A stretch of DNA of 63,978 nucleotides, counting the filler, from Hyphochytrium catenoides (taxonomy: Eukaryota > Protista > Hyphochytriomycota): assembly GCA_900088475.1 (NCBI GenBank). It is 11 parts of 11 records of this genome, joined end to end, with 100 filler letters (N's around TTAATTAATTAA, not from the genome) between each part and the next. Parts side by side here need not be neighbours in the genome. Positions count along the whole stretch, not along the records: positions 22,953 to 51,252 come from FLMG01000790.1; 10 more parts are not named here. The stretch is one strand, 5' to 3'. Positions 37,001-49,700 of the stretch are shown one piece after another; the stretch's first letter is position 1, and each line of letters opens with the position of its first letter. The notes under the pieces are model-generated. The model was not told the origin of the DNA, did no database searches, and saw only the letters and a list, made by a program, of their open reading frames with translations. The translations under genes and the position numbers were made by a program.

Positions 37001-39615
37001 ATGTCGGAAGAGGCAGCAAAAAGAGCGGAAGGTGCAGAAAGGAGCTTCGGCACCGTGGATTCAGATGACCATCTAGAGGCTTCTGGTGCGCCATCTGCTA
37101 CAAACGCATTCCGTCTGTACCGGGCGCGCTGGCATATGCTCTTCATCTTTTGTTTAGCAAGCCTCACTACGTCGCTCCTGTGGCTTGTGTTTGCTCCTGT
37201 ACCCGATGAAGTGACCCAGTACTTTGGGATAGGTAAGCAGCAATCTGTCTAGGCCTATCCTGGTAAACTTTCTGAGCGCCATCGCCTGTCGCTGGTAAAG
37301 CTCGATAGGGGTCCCTATCATTTGCTTAACTTGCACTGTTTTTTGGCCTCAGGCACCACGATGGTAGACTTAATGTCCATATTTTATATCTTGGTCTTCC
37401 TTCCTGGAACAATCTTCGGGATCTACTGCTACGACCGGTATGGCCTTAGGGAAGTGCTTGTTCTCAGCGCTTTCTGCATGGGGCTCGGCAGTTGGATCCG
37501 ATATCTTGGAAGCTTGATTGGTACTGGAAGAGGAGCTTATGGAGTCATTCTGGTTGGGCAAATGGTAGCCGGGCTTTCTCAACCTCTCCTGGTGAACTCC
37601 CCCGTAGCGGTAAGAAGCGATGTTGGCAGGCGGTTTCAGAAGAGAGAATGATGCAATGTAGGTGTCGGCCGCTGTTGGGGAGAGTTTCAGGCTAACAAGA
37701 CGGAAAATGAGAAGCATATAGGGAAGGGACGGAGCGGCGTAGCTTACAAACTCTCTCTCTCTCTCTCTTCTCACTTTCTCTCTCTCTCGCTCTCTCTTCT
37801 CACTTTCTCTCTCTCTCTCTCTCCTCACTTTCTCTCTCTCTCTCTCTCTCACACACACACTCTCTCTCTTATCTCTTGGTCGTCATGACTCCTGCTGGCA
37901 CAGCTTGCTAACCATTGGTTCGGGACTAAAGAACGAGACATGGCGACAACGATAGCCATATTCTGCAATGTCATAGGTAGCCTCTTTTTTCTATCCTTCT
38001 TTGCATCATGCTCGTCGTCCTGTGTCCCTTTTTCTCTGCATGCTCTCTCTTAATCTGCAAGACGTTTCCGTCTCTACACGCTTTTGCTGATATGATAGAC
38101 TAAATTTCTCCTCCTGGCTCCTGTCCCTCCGCTGTCTCTTAGGTAATGCTGTGGGCCAGATATGGCCAAGCTTGTTTGTAAGCGAAGATGAGCTAGGGGC
38201 GAAAGAGCTGAACGTAAAGCTTCTCCTTCTCTCCCAAGCAGTATGGGCGACATTTATTGGCGTCTACTTATTCTTCACGTTCAAGGTCTGCAACTTTCCT
38301 CCTTCGCTTCATCTTCTAATCTTTTTATTGGGATGGCGCACATTTGCTATGTATCTAAACCTACGAGGGCCCACTTTGACACATGCTACCAGAAAGCTTC
38401 TACTACCATCTCCACTACGTAGAGAAGTTGCCTGACAACTATTTACAGGCCAGGCCTCCATCTCCTCCTAGCCGCTCACAAGAGCTGATAGAGCACAACC
38501 CGCTTCTTGAACCAACCTCACTTGCTAGCATTGCAGAGGAGGTGAAAGTCTGTCTGAAGACGCCATCGTTTAAGCCTCTTCTTCTCGGCTTTGCGATTGC
38601 TTACGCTATCTTCCAGTCTCTGATGACGGTGCTTGCGTCCATGATCAAGCCCACCGGTAATATTCTTGGGCCCACTTCATCGTCATCAACTCTTCTTCAC
38701 TCCCTATCACTTTGTCAACTCGAGTCCTTATACCCACTCTTCGTCCACTGCTAAGGTCACAGAGACCAGTGAACCCTCTCTACTCTTTTTCTCTCAAACT
38801 TAGCAATCAGCTGAGGACCATATATCCTAAGATAAGTCTCTGAATATGTCACTCCTGCATAACTATCTCTCCTCCGCTCTGTAGGCTACACCAACGACCA
38901 GTCTTCTTTTGTTGGAGCCGCCGTGGTCGGAGGAGGGCTTCTTTTTTGCCCTGCGTCTGCTGCTTTGTTGGACAGATATCATAAATATAACTGGCAGCTG
39001 AGGATCCAAGCAGTTCTCTCCTCTCTGGCGATCCTCCTCTTTCTTCTCGTAATGGTGCCTGATAACTTCACTGCTCTCATTGTGGCGGCAGGTAAGCTGA
39101 TGGATAGTTGGAGGATGAGGGAAGGATTCTTTCTAAAGCAATTTAGTTAGAAGCCTAGGGGGATCAAGAGAGAGAATAGGATACAAAGAAAGGAATGGGA
39201 TGTAAAAGGGAGTTAGTTCCTAACAGTTTGCGCGTCTCCCTTGTTGGTAGGCTTGATGGGCGGCTGCCTTCTTGCCACTATGCCAGTGGTGATGACCCTG
39301 GCTGCCGAGTACACCTTTCCAGTGCCTGAGGTGACGAGCTCGGGTCTCATCCTCTTGACAGGGATGATGCTCTCCATACCCACGATCATCATCCAGCAAC
39401 AGCTGATCAGTCATTATTCGACCTCGACGAAGAGGTTTCCCCCAAGCTCAATCTTTACAGCGACCTGTGTGATCGTCGCTGCGGGAATGCTATGGACCTG
39501 TAAAGGCCAGTACCGCCGTCTGGCTGCTGAGAAAGAAAATAAATCGGCCCAGGAGAACTCCACGGTGCATATCGATGCAGCTGATAAACTATCCGTAGCC
39601 CTTCTACCTTCCTAG
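37001..39615 (+). CDS. MFS transporter, FLVCR/SLC49-like; 7 exons
   Basis: Exons 37001-37232, 37353-37609, 37904-37976, 38143-38285, 38449-38656, 38885-39091 and 39251-39615, all GT-AG and in phase. Family motifs: FRLYRARW, DRYGLR, HWFGTKERDMATTI, RPPSPPS and AEYTFPVPEVTSSG. Confidence 0.92.
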
Positions 39616-40460
39616 TAGCGGGGCGCTATCAGAGCTGTCACTGGCTCTCACCGCTATCGTCATCCTTGCCTTGTTGGCTACTAGTCTTCTCTCTTGGCTG
39701 TGCTGCCTCTCTTTAGCAACTCCCCGTGATGTTCATCTACCTTTTTGGCTGTTTGCTCCCCTATTGGCAGGAGGGTGAGCGCTCGTGTGCCATGCCAGTA
39801 GTGGTATGCACGTATGAGTCTTCTCCTACTTCATGCCACTGTATGCTTTACAGGTGAACGTGTCAGGGGCCGCGCCACCTCTTCCTGTCTCCCTTTGGTC
39901 TTCTGCTCCATCATCACGAGGCTCTTCTTTTCTTCGCCTAACCTTAGTGGGAGCTCTAAACCGTCTCAATTCCTATTGATAGTCTGGCACTAAGAAGCGG
40001 TTCTGCTCGCTCTGGTCTTTCCATCTCTGGCGTAGGATTGACGATGACTTTTCGAAAATACTACAAAGATTATTTTCTCCAGACGGACTCCTCATCTCTT
40101 GTTGCTGTTCTTCCTTCCTCCTCTCTCCAACAGTTAGAGTATGCGACCGCTGTCATCACCTACCGAGACTGTTGTCTATGCCTTGCTTTCCCGGCGCGTC
40201 TCCTTCATTATCATTACTGTTTCTTCCTAGAACAATTACGGTTGTGCATCTTGATGCTCTGTGAACTTCATCATCGCCAGCAGGCGCACGTACATCATCG
40301 TCTCAGAGAGTCCACCATCTATGAGCTTTTCCAGCGTCTTCACCAATCAACTGGGTATATCCGGCTGCTATTATAGCTGGAGCGGTATCCATCAGAAGAT
40401 AGGGTTTGGTGGGATGATAGTCGTCCATTTCATGGCTCCAGGTCCTCTGTGAATATACAT

Positions 40461-42203
40461 CTACTGATCTTGGTGCAGGTAAGCACGATAACAGAGTGCA
40501 TCTTCTGGTGTGGACGGAAGCTTGAAGTCGTGACAAGCGTCTCGACTGGGGAGTAAAGCAACATACGCGCGTCTCTTGCACTTCCTTTGAAAGAGTTTGT
40601 CCAGTTTGGTGAGCCACCTGGAATCGAGATCATGGCTCTTGCTTATGGTTGCCTGGACGTAAGCCAGGATGGGTTCTCCATCAAGCGTGCACTTTGCAAC
40701 GCAGTCCATATTTGGAAACCTATGATAGCCTGGGTAGCAGTATGTGATCTTGTCATTCTGGAGCCACGTCGTCTGCAAGGCTTGCACACACTCATCTTCA
40801 TTGGATCTGTAGCAGAGAACTTCACCCTTCGTGACCTCAATTCTCTGTTCTTCTAACCTAGGCTTCATCCTCTTTCGTCCTACAGGCTTCTGATCCGCCA
40901 TGGTACACATTATAAGACGATTGGCAGCTCTCTTATGCACATAGAACTCAAACGCCCATCCATAGAACGCACCACCGATGCTCTTCGCGAACTCGTAGAC
41001 CTGTTGGAACTGCTTCTCGTCACACATGGCAATCACCTTCCTCAACATAAAGGCTGAATCAACCACAAGCTCTCAATGTCTTCGCCAGAGATAATGCTCA
41101 ACGTTGTCTGCATTGACAACATAATGTCTACGAATCCTGTCGACTTGTGCCGTAGTGTTAAGTCCACATGATGACACTAAGAAGATCGCTTGATCAGGAG
41201 TCAGTACTTGCAGCGCACTTTCCACATAGTCGCGGGTGACATTGAGGTCATGACAAAAGTCCCGGAGGCTTCCACTAGAGTAGAAGAATCGATCTCGCGT
41301 TTCCACTACCGGCACCATCGGTGTCTTCCCCGCAAAGCTCTTAAGATCTTTCTTCTTTCCAAGCAGGAAGAACCATTAGCTTGGCCGGGTCGTTACTCTT
41401 TAGACCATAGTGAGATGATGTCGCCAAGAGAGTGTACGGTCCCAATACCCCGAGATGAGTCTTCATTACTTCCTCCTGGGTAAACCCATCGACCAGGAAC
41501 CAGAGCTGCAGATGGACTTCTAAAAGCTGTCGTCGGAATTGCCTATATCGGTAAGCGTTTCGATGGTGCCTATGATAGAGGTTGTGCTGGAGAGGAAGAC
41601 GTACACATGAGAACCTAATTTCATGTCTTTCTCCTCCTTGAGCTTCCGACACATCAGCACCGTCTGCGAGTGGACCCTCGCCAAGTAAAACGCCATCATG
41701 ACCAGGAATGTTGACTTCCCCACGCCTGGGGATCCAATCAGGGCTACCTTATCGGTACTTCCATCCATGGGCGACCCGAGTACTTCGCCATTCCACCAGT
41801 GCCTTCTTATTGCTTGGAACAGACGTATCTCCTCGTGGCGTACATAATACATGTCTGGAAATCTTCCGGACTCAGACATCGTCTCGCAAATTTTCGGAGT
41901 AGGTACGAGCCCACCCTCTTCCCATTGCCCAATATCACACTCGCCGATGTCTACAAGCAGTGGCTTCGGTGTCGGTAACAGGGCTACCGGTGCCTGAGTT
42001 GCTACTAAGGCGGTCTCCAGGCTCTCCACATGTCTACGGCACTTTGACCACTCATTGAACCAGTTTTCCCTTAATCTGGAGAAAGTCTTAATATCCTCCT
42101 TGCTTCCACGCTCCCGCGCATCATCCTCGAGAGACCGATAGCGCGTATACTCGGTCTTCGCGAACTCTGTTTCCTGTTGCGCCCTCAGAATCGGCGCTGC
42201 CAT
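40461..42203 (-). pseudogene. Crinkler (CRN)-like P-loop NTPase plus restriction-endonuclease-fold gene, disrupted
   Basis: Four collinear ORF pieces reconstruct one gene of about 580 codons: YYVR, Walker A LIGSPGVGKST, Walker B WFLVDG, LLATS, LPAW, RFFYSSGSLRDF, VDRIRRHY, VDS, GWAFEFYVH and FPNMDCVA...YVQAT. Lesions are a frameshift near 41545, an opposite frameshift near 41349, and an in-frame TGA at 41075-41073. Confidence 0.8.
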
Positions 42204-42922
42204 TCAGATGACAGTTCTCTGCATCTCTCTCTCTCTCGTTCCTCTCTTTTTCCCTAGTAGTATCTCTTCTCCTTTCTTAGTTCTTGCTCTTTCTCTCTTC
42301 TCTGTGTCCGCTTCGCTTCCTTTCTTGCGGACTCTCTCTCTCTCTTTCTCTCTCCCGTCTTTCTTGCTTTTGAGCGATGACCACGATCTGGACGTCGCTT
42401 TCGCTTCTCATCAGCTCTCTCAGATGCTTCTGATGATGATGCAGCCAATTTTAAATCAAATTTTATTATATGAAAAAAGGTAGAACTATAATCATTTCAA
42501 TGCCAATATCAGATATGAAGACTGACCGTATTTAAGATATATATGAAGCGTCTCCCTCTATCACAAATGAGGGACAAATCAATTTCAATCTTCATAAAAC
42601 CTTTATTATTTTACCCAAAAAATTGACTATCCTCCCACCGCTGCTGTTTGACTCTTGGTCAGAACTGCTCGGACCGGCTTAGCGCTCTTGAAGCCAAAGT
42701 GTAGAGCAGCCCTCGTTGCCTCATCTGTCCGGGGCACGATGCGCACAAGGTCCTTCTCATGCTTGGAGTTCAATGCGTCAACAAACGGATCCAGCGCTTG
42801 TTCGATACGTGCATGGACTGCGTGTTCACCAGCCGTCCGTCCATGGTGATGCTGCTCCCTCTTGTCTGTACCTCCAGTGCGCGCCACGTCTCAATCCGTT
42901 CTGTTCTCAGCTAGCATTCCTC

Positions 42923-42981
42923 TTGCGATAAGGACAAGCGTAATAAGCTTTGCGATAAGGACAAGCGTAATAAGCTTTGCG
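42923..42981 (+). repeat. Perfect 27-bp tandem duplication
   Basis: ttgcgataaggacaagcgtaataagct at 42923 and 42950, followed by ttgcg. Confidence 0.95.
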
Positions 42982-43521
42982 CTGCTCTTCGGTTCTGTCT
43001 AGCCAGCACGTCGCCTTCACCTGCTCCGCCGCTTCACCTGTGCTTATGGTGGCTGCTTCATCTGAGGCTGCAAGAGAAGAAAAGCAGTATATTGAGCGAG
43101 GGACACTACTTTGTGAGCCACTGCCTGGCCACATTTAAGCTGTAGGAAGGTACCCAGGGATAAAGGTAGCTAAATAGCCAAGCGAAGCAGGTCAGGAATC
43201 CTACACGGAACTCTCGTGATGTCCCTCTCATGATAAGCTGCTCCTACGTTCACGTTCTGCGAGCAGGATGGACCCGAAGAACGAAGGGCTGTTAAACCTT
43301 CGAGGGGTCACCGATGCTCCCATGCAAGAAGGAAATGATGAGGACCCACGCAGAGCTTGTCATAGAAAGCGCGGTGGATTCTCCTCCTCACCTTCTCCCA
43401 GCAAGGACTCTGAAGACGATCGTTTGTTGCCAATCCAAAGTAACAGCCTATCGTGCGCCTCCCTCTTAGATCTGACTACATAAATTGACTCTGTCTTCCG
43501 ATAGAAGTCTCTCGGCGAGGA

Positions 43522-46500
43522 ATGAAAAGGCGGCGGACTGAGACGAACAATGCGAAGATGCACCCAAGGAACCCCTACAAGCGCCCCCCAGACTTTAGTG
43601 AGCTGGCTCAAGCCGATCCCAACTTCGCTAGAATGTGAGCAAGAAAGCTCAGAGAGTGTGCCTTTTCCTGGATGTCTCTCTCTTGGCTAGTAGTCCCCGT
43701 TCGTCTCCCTGCTCTCTCTCGCTTTCTCCTCTTTCTGTATTCTCTTCCCCGTCTCCTCGTGCTTTCGTCCTGCCTCACACCCGAAGCTCGCGTGTACCTT
43801 ATAGGCTGAAGACCTCTGCGTCTGGCTCCCTTTACCTCGACTGGAGGGACCCTGAGGCTACCAGGTAGGGCCATAGTCTCGTTCACCAGGCTCTGAACCT
43901 ATGGGACGACCCCGAGGTGACGGCTATTGCAGGGCTCTCACCACCGCAATACTGAGGAAGGACTTCCACCTTGACTGGAGCTTGCCTGAGGATAAGCTCT
44001 GCCCACCCGTAAGTAAGATACCAGCGCGCTCTCTTCTCTTCTCCCGTTCTTTCCTGTCCATCGTGCTCCTGCGTCTACTCAGTTCTGGGCGGGTTGGCTG
44101 TGTGTCCTACTATTTGTATCGCTTCACTAGCATGGGTAGTATCCTACCTTTTCCTTTCGCGGTTGACCTGTAGTTCTTGCATATAGCCATTGACACGACT
44201 GTCCTGACACTACTGTCCTGCCGCGATTGTTCTGCCTCTCTTCGTGTTCCTCTCTCTCCCACTCCCTCGCTGTCGCTCTCTCTCGCTCTCTCGCTTGGAC
44301 GGCAAACCATTCTTGGTGCTACGTTTGTCCCAATCTTTCACGCTCTGAAGGTGCCAAATAGGTAAGGAAAACAGAGAATGTAGGGTGTGGATAGAGAGGT
44401 CCTATCGTGATATTGATAAAGCAAGGCTGATATGCTCTTCTCTGCTTTTGGCAGGCTAAACTACATTCTATGGATTGAAGATCTATTGGCTCTTCGCGTC
44501 AAAGAGAAACAGAGCGAAAAGGTACTTGGAGTTGACATCGGCACCGGCGCCTCCTGCATCTATCCTTTACTTGGCGTGCGAAGACACAAAGGATGGTCTT
44601 TCGTCGCTACGGAGATTGACAAGGTTAGAATGTGGCAGTCTGGATGCAAGAATGAAGTACGGGAACGGAGAGAGATAACGATAGCAAGGGAGAGGAGAGG
44701 CGAAGGAGAGAATGTGTGTGAGAGAGAGAGAGAAAAAGAAAGAGAACACTCTCGAAAGAGAGAGGAAATGCACTGTCGAAACTCTTCGAGCGGAAGAGAC
44801 GCTTCGTACCTTACCATCCGGCATAGAAAATGGCCTAGTAAACCTTGCTTTACCTTAGGAGTCGTACACTCATGCTCAGGATCTCGTGAGGCGAAATGGA
44901 CTAGAGAAGCACATTGACATCCGTCTGGTAGAAGAAGGCATCTTTCTCATAGGTGGCGTCATCTCAAGCTCAGAAGCTGAGGAAGAGGGAGGAGATGATT
45001 CTGACGAAGTCTTCCAGTTCTGTATGTGCAATCCCCCTTTCTATGACGTCTCTGAGCAGGTAAGAAGGCCTGTCCCAGCTCTTCGAGGGTACTTCCTGCT
45101 TCACCGCTCCTTGTTGTTCAAAGCCCCTCTCTCTTGGGCCAGGCTTCTCCAGACTTATTTGGTGCATTTTACTATCTCACACACACTCTCTCTCTCTCTC
45201 CCCTCCGTCTATCGCTCTCCCAATGGTCCCTCCACCTCTGCACTCAAATAAATCGTCAATATTGCCGTCCCAGGCTGACTGGAACCCTTCGACGGATTAC
45301 TCGGGAACAGCCGGTGAGCGCTATACGGAAGGCGGAGAGAGAGCGTTTATAGACGGCATCATAGAAGACAGCCTCATTCTAAGGACGAAGGTCGGTGAGC
45401 TCTCAAATTATAGCATAGAACTCTCTGCTTTGCATATGTTTCCTTACCGCTGGACATACCAGACCGATGATCTGTGGTCTACAGATCTATGTGAAAAGTC
45501 TCGTAGCTCAAGGCTTTGCTCAGTCTAGCTACCGACTCTCTTCTTTATATCTCCTTCCCGCTGTTGGGCTCTGCTCTTTGTCTCGGGTTCTGGCCCGTTC
45601 TATCGTCTAGCCTAATAATTTGCTGCTCTTCTTTGTAGATGCGTTGGTACACTTCGATGATTGGCCGAAAGTCTACCCTGCGCCACGTCCTCAGCAGCCT
45701 GCGAGCTCAGCGGATCAAGAACGTGAGGAGCACAGAGTTCTTTCAAGGAAGGACAACCCGGTGGGCGGTGGCGTGGTCCTTTAGTGAGGATGGCGTTGGG
45801 GAGCTCAAGGTGCGTCGTGCTCTTTGATTTAGGAGCAGGATGATGGAGGAGTAAGAGGAACTGAGAAGTAGAGATAAATGTCTTTTTTTAGCACACTCTC
45901 GCAGAGCTTTCTCACCGCTGTATGTTCAACCGCTGATCGCTCTCTCTCCTTGACCATGAGTAGGGCACACATGGCATTGTTGCCAAGGTACTAGCAAAGA
46001 AGAAGGCGAAAAAGAAGCCACTATCACGGAGCTTTGAGACCCGGTTGTCCGAGATAGACCCCTTGACTATCGTCATTCAGAGGATGAGAGCTTTCTGCAA
46101 GGAGCACCAGGTATCAGCCAGTCTTTTCTCTCCTCCTTAGCCCTCCTCTGAGCCTCTTGCCTCTATTGCTTCTTCGCTCCGTGCCTCTATCAACCCATTT
46201 TCCCTAACCGTGTCTCTCTTCTCTTCCCCAGCTGAAACCTAAACTAGAGATTGAAGAGCACTCCATAACGACCGCAAGACTTCTCATCACTGCCTCCAAC
46301 GAGAAGGTAGAGACTGATAATGGGCAGCCAAAGTGTCTCTTTCAGGGATTGGTGACAATGGAAGAGGAGGAAGAAGAGGATGATGAAACGAAGACGGAAG
46401 ACAGAAAGGTTCTTGTTAGCGTTGAGCTCAAAGAGGCCGCAGATCGGGGAGAATTTTGGAAGTTTATCGACCAGCTGCAAAACTTTGTTACCCAGACGAG

Positions 46501-46534
46501 CAGGAGGTTCAGGAGAAAGAAGAAAGAACAATAA
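43522..46534 (+). CDS. METTL16: U6 snRNA m6A methyltransferase METTL16 (RlmF-like family); about 10 exons
   Basis: Exons 43522-43634, 43805-43864, 43933-44008, 44351-44361, 44455-44623, 44859-45059, 45274-45390, 45639-45809, 45964-46110 and 46232-46534. Motifs: MHPRNPY..PPDF, LCPPVPNRLNYILWIEDL, DIGTGASCIYPLLG, CMCNPPFY, GGERAFI, WYTSMIG and EFFQGRTTRWAVAWSF. Confidence 0.95.
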
Positions 46535-46764
46535 AGATCCCGTCTCCCGCGTAGCAACGCCCCACTTCGCTTTCTCTCTCGTCTGTCTTCTCCTCTCTCC
46601 TCATGTCCTCCGCCTGCTCTCTCGTTCCAAATTGTCAACTACTTCGGTGATGTCCCTCGGCCTTCGCCTGTCTGAAAGTATTTGTTGGGCTGTCCTTCCC
46701 TTAGTTTGGTCCTCAACTGTCTGGGATATCCTAGTCCTTCTTTGGGTTGCTACTGGTCCCGCAG

Positions 46765-49700
46765 CTAGAAGACTGTTCCGTCACTCTTGATCGCAATTGG
46801 AGGTCCTCCCGTCTCTGGGCGCAGACGTTTGGCTATAACTCTTCCAGCTTTCCAAGTCCCGCATTCCAGGACCTAATCGACCCATGTGGAGAGGAAGTTG
46901 CAATGAGAAAGAGAGAGGGGAGAGGAATCAGAACATTCTTCTCAAGAGACACAGCGACAGCTTTGCGAGGCTAAGGGAGAGAGAGATGCACGGAACCTTT
47001 ACGAGGGGGAACTCCTCTGCGCTGACGTTCAACTTCTGGCGTACTTGGGCAGCGATCTCATCTAGAGTCACCACTGTGGCGGCCCTCCATTCCACGACGA
47101 CCTATAAACGGTGAAATGAAAATATGTAGAGACTGTTAGGCTCGTGCTGGGTTCTCTTTACCGCCTTTGACCTCTCTGTTTTCTTTCCCTGTGTCTGTGA
47201 GTCTTTATCTCTCTCTCTTAACATGGGCGTAAGGTGTCCTCAACCACGCTTCTTCCACTTGAGCTCTGGAAGATGCAGTTCCATTGGTACATTCTCTACA
47301 TCTTTTCTCAAGCTTCTTCCTCCCTACTGTTTCTACTAAATGTGCTGCTTGATCTATCGTCATCATACCTCTGAATCTGGGGACTGGGGCTCCTTCAGAA
47401 TGGATGGATCGAGAGGAACGAGGTAACCGGTGTCCACAAGCAAACCGCCGTTCCTATATTCAGCTAGGCCTGGAGCAGAAGGAAACCTCCGTGAGCAGAG
47501 AAGGGATAAAGAGACAGAGAGCATTCTGGCTGACAGGGAGCTCAGAGGAAGATTGAAGAAGAGAGAGAGAGATGGGTAGAGGGGGAGAAAGGTCCAAGCC
47601 GTTCATTTCTCTCTGTTACCTGTCATGAGTTTCATATTGATAAACTTCAGTCCCGTGGCCTATTAGACATTGATCATGCAGTGCGCTGAGTGTTAGGACT
47701 AGTCTTGATGGGAGTAAGGGCAGTCGAGAGCGGAGTGCAAAGGACGCAGACAGAAAGATCGTGGAGAGACGAACCTGAATGGGCTCCATGAGGGAGTATG
47801 TGAGCCACTGTGAGAGCTTGTGAAAGGGGACGAGATTGGCCCCCATTCCTTCTCCCTTCAGACCACTACCGGTTCATCAGTTGTTAGGGTCCTATTCTTC
47901 GGAATATCTGGGGTGCCGCCGATCCGCTTCCATAGCTATCTCTATCTCTTGTTATCTGCCCTCTCTATCTCTTTATCTATGGCACACACAAACCAGTCTC
48001 CTTTCCTTTTTCCTAGCACCATTCCTCCTGCATTTGATCTGTTCTTGATCTCTTTACTCAGTCCCTCCTGCTCCCCCTACCTATGGGGCCACACATCTCC
48101 CATGTTAGATTGCCCCAGGAACGTCCTCCCAGCGGGCCACATGTCCTGCAAGCCGTCTATCACAATGTGGAAGAGATCTTGGACATCAATCTCTCCACGA
48201 GCGTTGGAGCGACCGAACAGATACAGCACCAGATTCCCTAGGTTTTTGTGCAGATACATTATAAAGAAGAAGGCATATTTGAGCGAAGGGAAGATGATGG
48301 CTGGCAGGAAATCGGTAATATAGCTCACTCTACCTGGCCTGATGCTGCCATCTGGGGCTTGAAAGTACTCGGCCTTGGACTTAAGCGATAATCCCAGACG
48401 CTGTCAGGAGTCAAGAGTTAGCAACTTGACAAGTGTACGTTCCCGCCTCTTAGTTTTTCTTTATCAGCCACATCGTTTTGATATCATCTCATTGTTTAGG
48501 TGCTCCTTCTCTTGATGGCTCTGTTTCTCTAAACTCCCATCACCCTCGAAAAGCTGTGTCCTTCCACACGCCATGGCCTTTCCAATCCCTTTTCCTCATA
48601 ATGTGCTTCAGCAGCTATACTCTCTGTCTGTCCCTCTTTTTCTTCCCTTCTCTGCTCTTATTTCCTTCCCTNNNNNNNNNNNNNNNNNNNNNNNNNNNNN
48701 NNNNNNNNNNNNNNNNNNNNNNCACCTACCTTCAGGAGCTGGGTACGGCCTTCGCAACCCGTCAGAGGATTGTTCGCAGGATCCTGCAGAGAGCAGAGGC
48801 ACCAAATCACCATCACCTTCAAGCCTTTGGCTCGCTCTTTCTTATATTTCTACCATCCCTTCTTCTCTGTCTCTCTTTTCTTTTCTCTCTCTTCTCTCTC
48901 TCTTTCTGTCTCTCTTTCTCTTTTTCTCTCTAGCTCTCTAGCTCTTTCTCTCTTTCTTCTTCCAAATACACTTACCACCTGAAAGCCCTTCTCAATGCTG
49001 TCGGAGGCAAGATTGCATAGTGTATCAGCATCAACCTGACGTGCGAGAACCACTGAGCCGTCAACAGTTTGGAGAGAGAGTGAGAGCGCGAAAGAAGAGC
49101 GCGAAAGGTAACAAAACAATTCTCCAGGTCTAGCTAGGAGAAGTGTAGGGACAGGGTATGGAGTGAGAGAAAGAGGGAGAGAGCCAAGGAAGTCTCAAAA
49201 CCTGATGCTTGTTCTCGGGGTTGGAAGAGAAAGCGCCGCTGCAGAACATGTGAAAGCTGGCGACCTGAGAATGAAGTGTGAGTGTCGGTAGAAGCTCGCA
49301 ACACCTTCTCAAAGTCTTTCAAGGCTGAGCTCTGCATATTTCATCTCTTCCTTAGAGTCTTACGTTTAACCTTTCTCTCCTGCCTGCCTTTCTCCTGCCT
49401 CTTTCCTGAAGTTCCCTGGACTATCTGTCTCTTCTCTCGCCTCCACTTACCCCTAGACCTTCACTCCGGGCGTAGAAGGTCTCCGTTTCTGGCTCCTTGT
49501 ATTTCCAAGCATCTCCTGCTCCGGCGTCTAGAAGAACACTGACCTGGAGTGAAGGCATAGATAGGTCAGGTGGGAAGAGGATACCGAGGCAGCCTAGGAT
49601 GATGCCTTCGTAATTGGTGAGTTTGAGCGCAGGCCTCTGGTAGGGGAGAGAACAGAGCAAGGCTGCACAGTCTTACCATCGCTAAGTCTATCAGTCTCCG

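Noticed and set aside
41073-41075. TGA read as Trp (alternative genetic code)
   Set aside because: Conserved Trp residues in METTL16, URC4, legumain and ADSL use TGG, and the same gene has two frameshifts, so a nonsense mutation is simpler.
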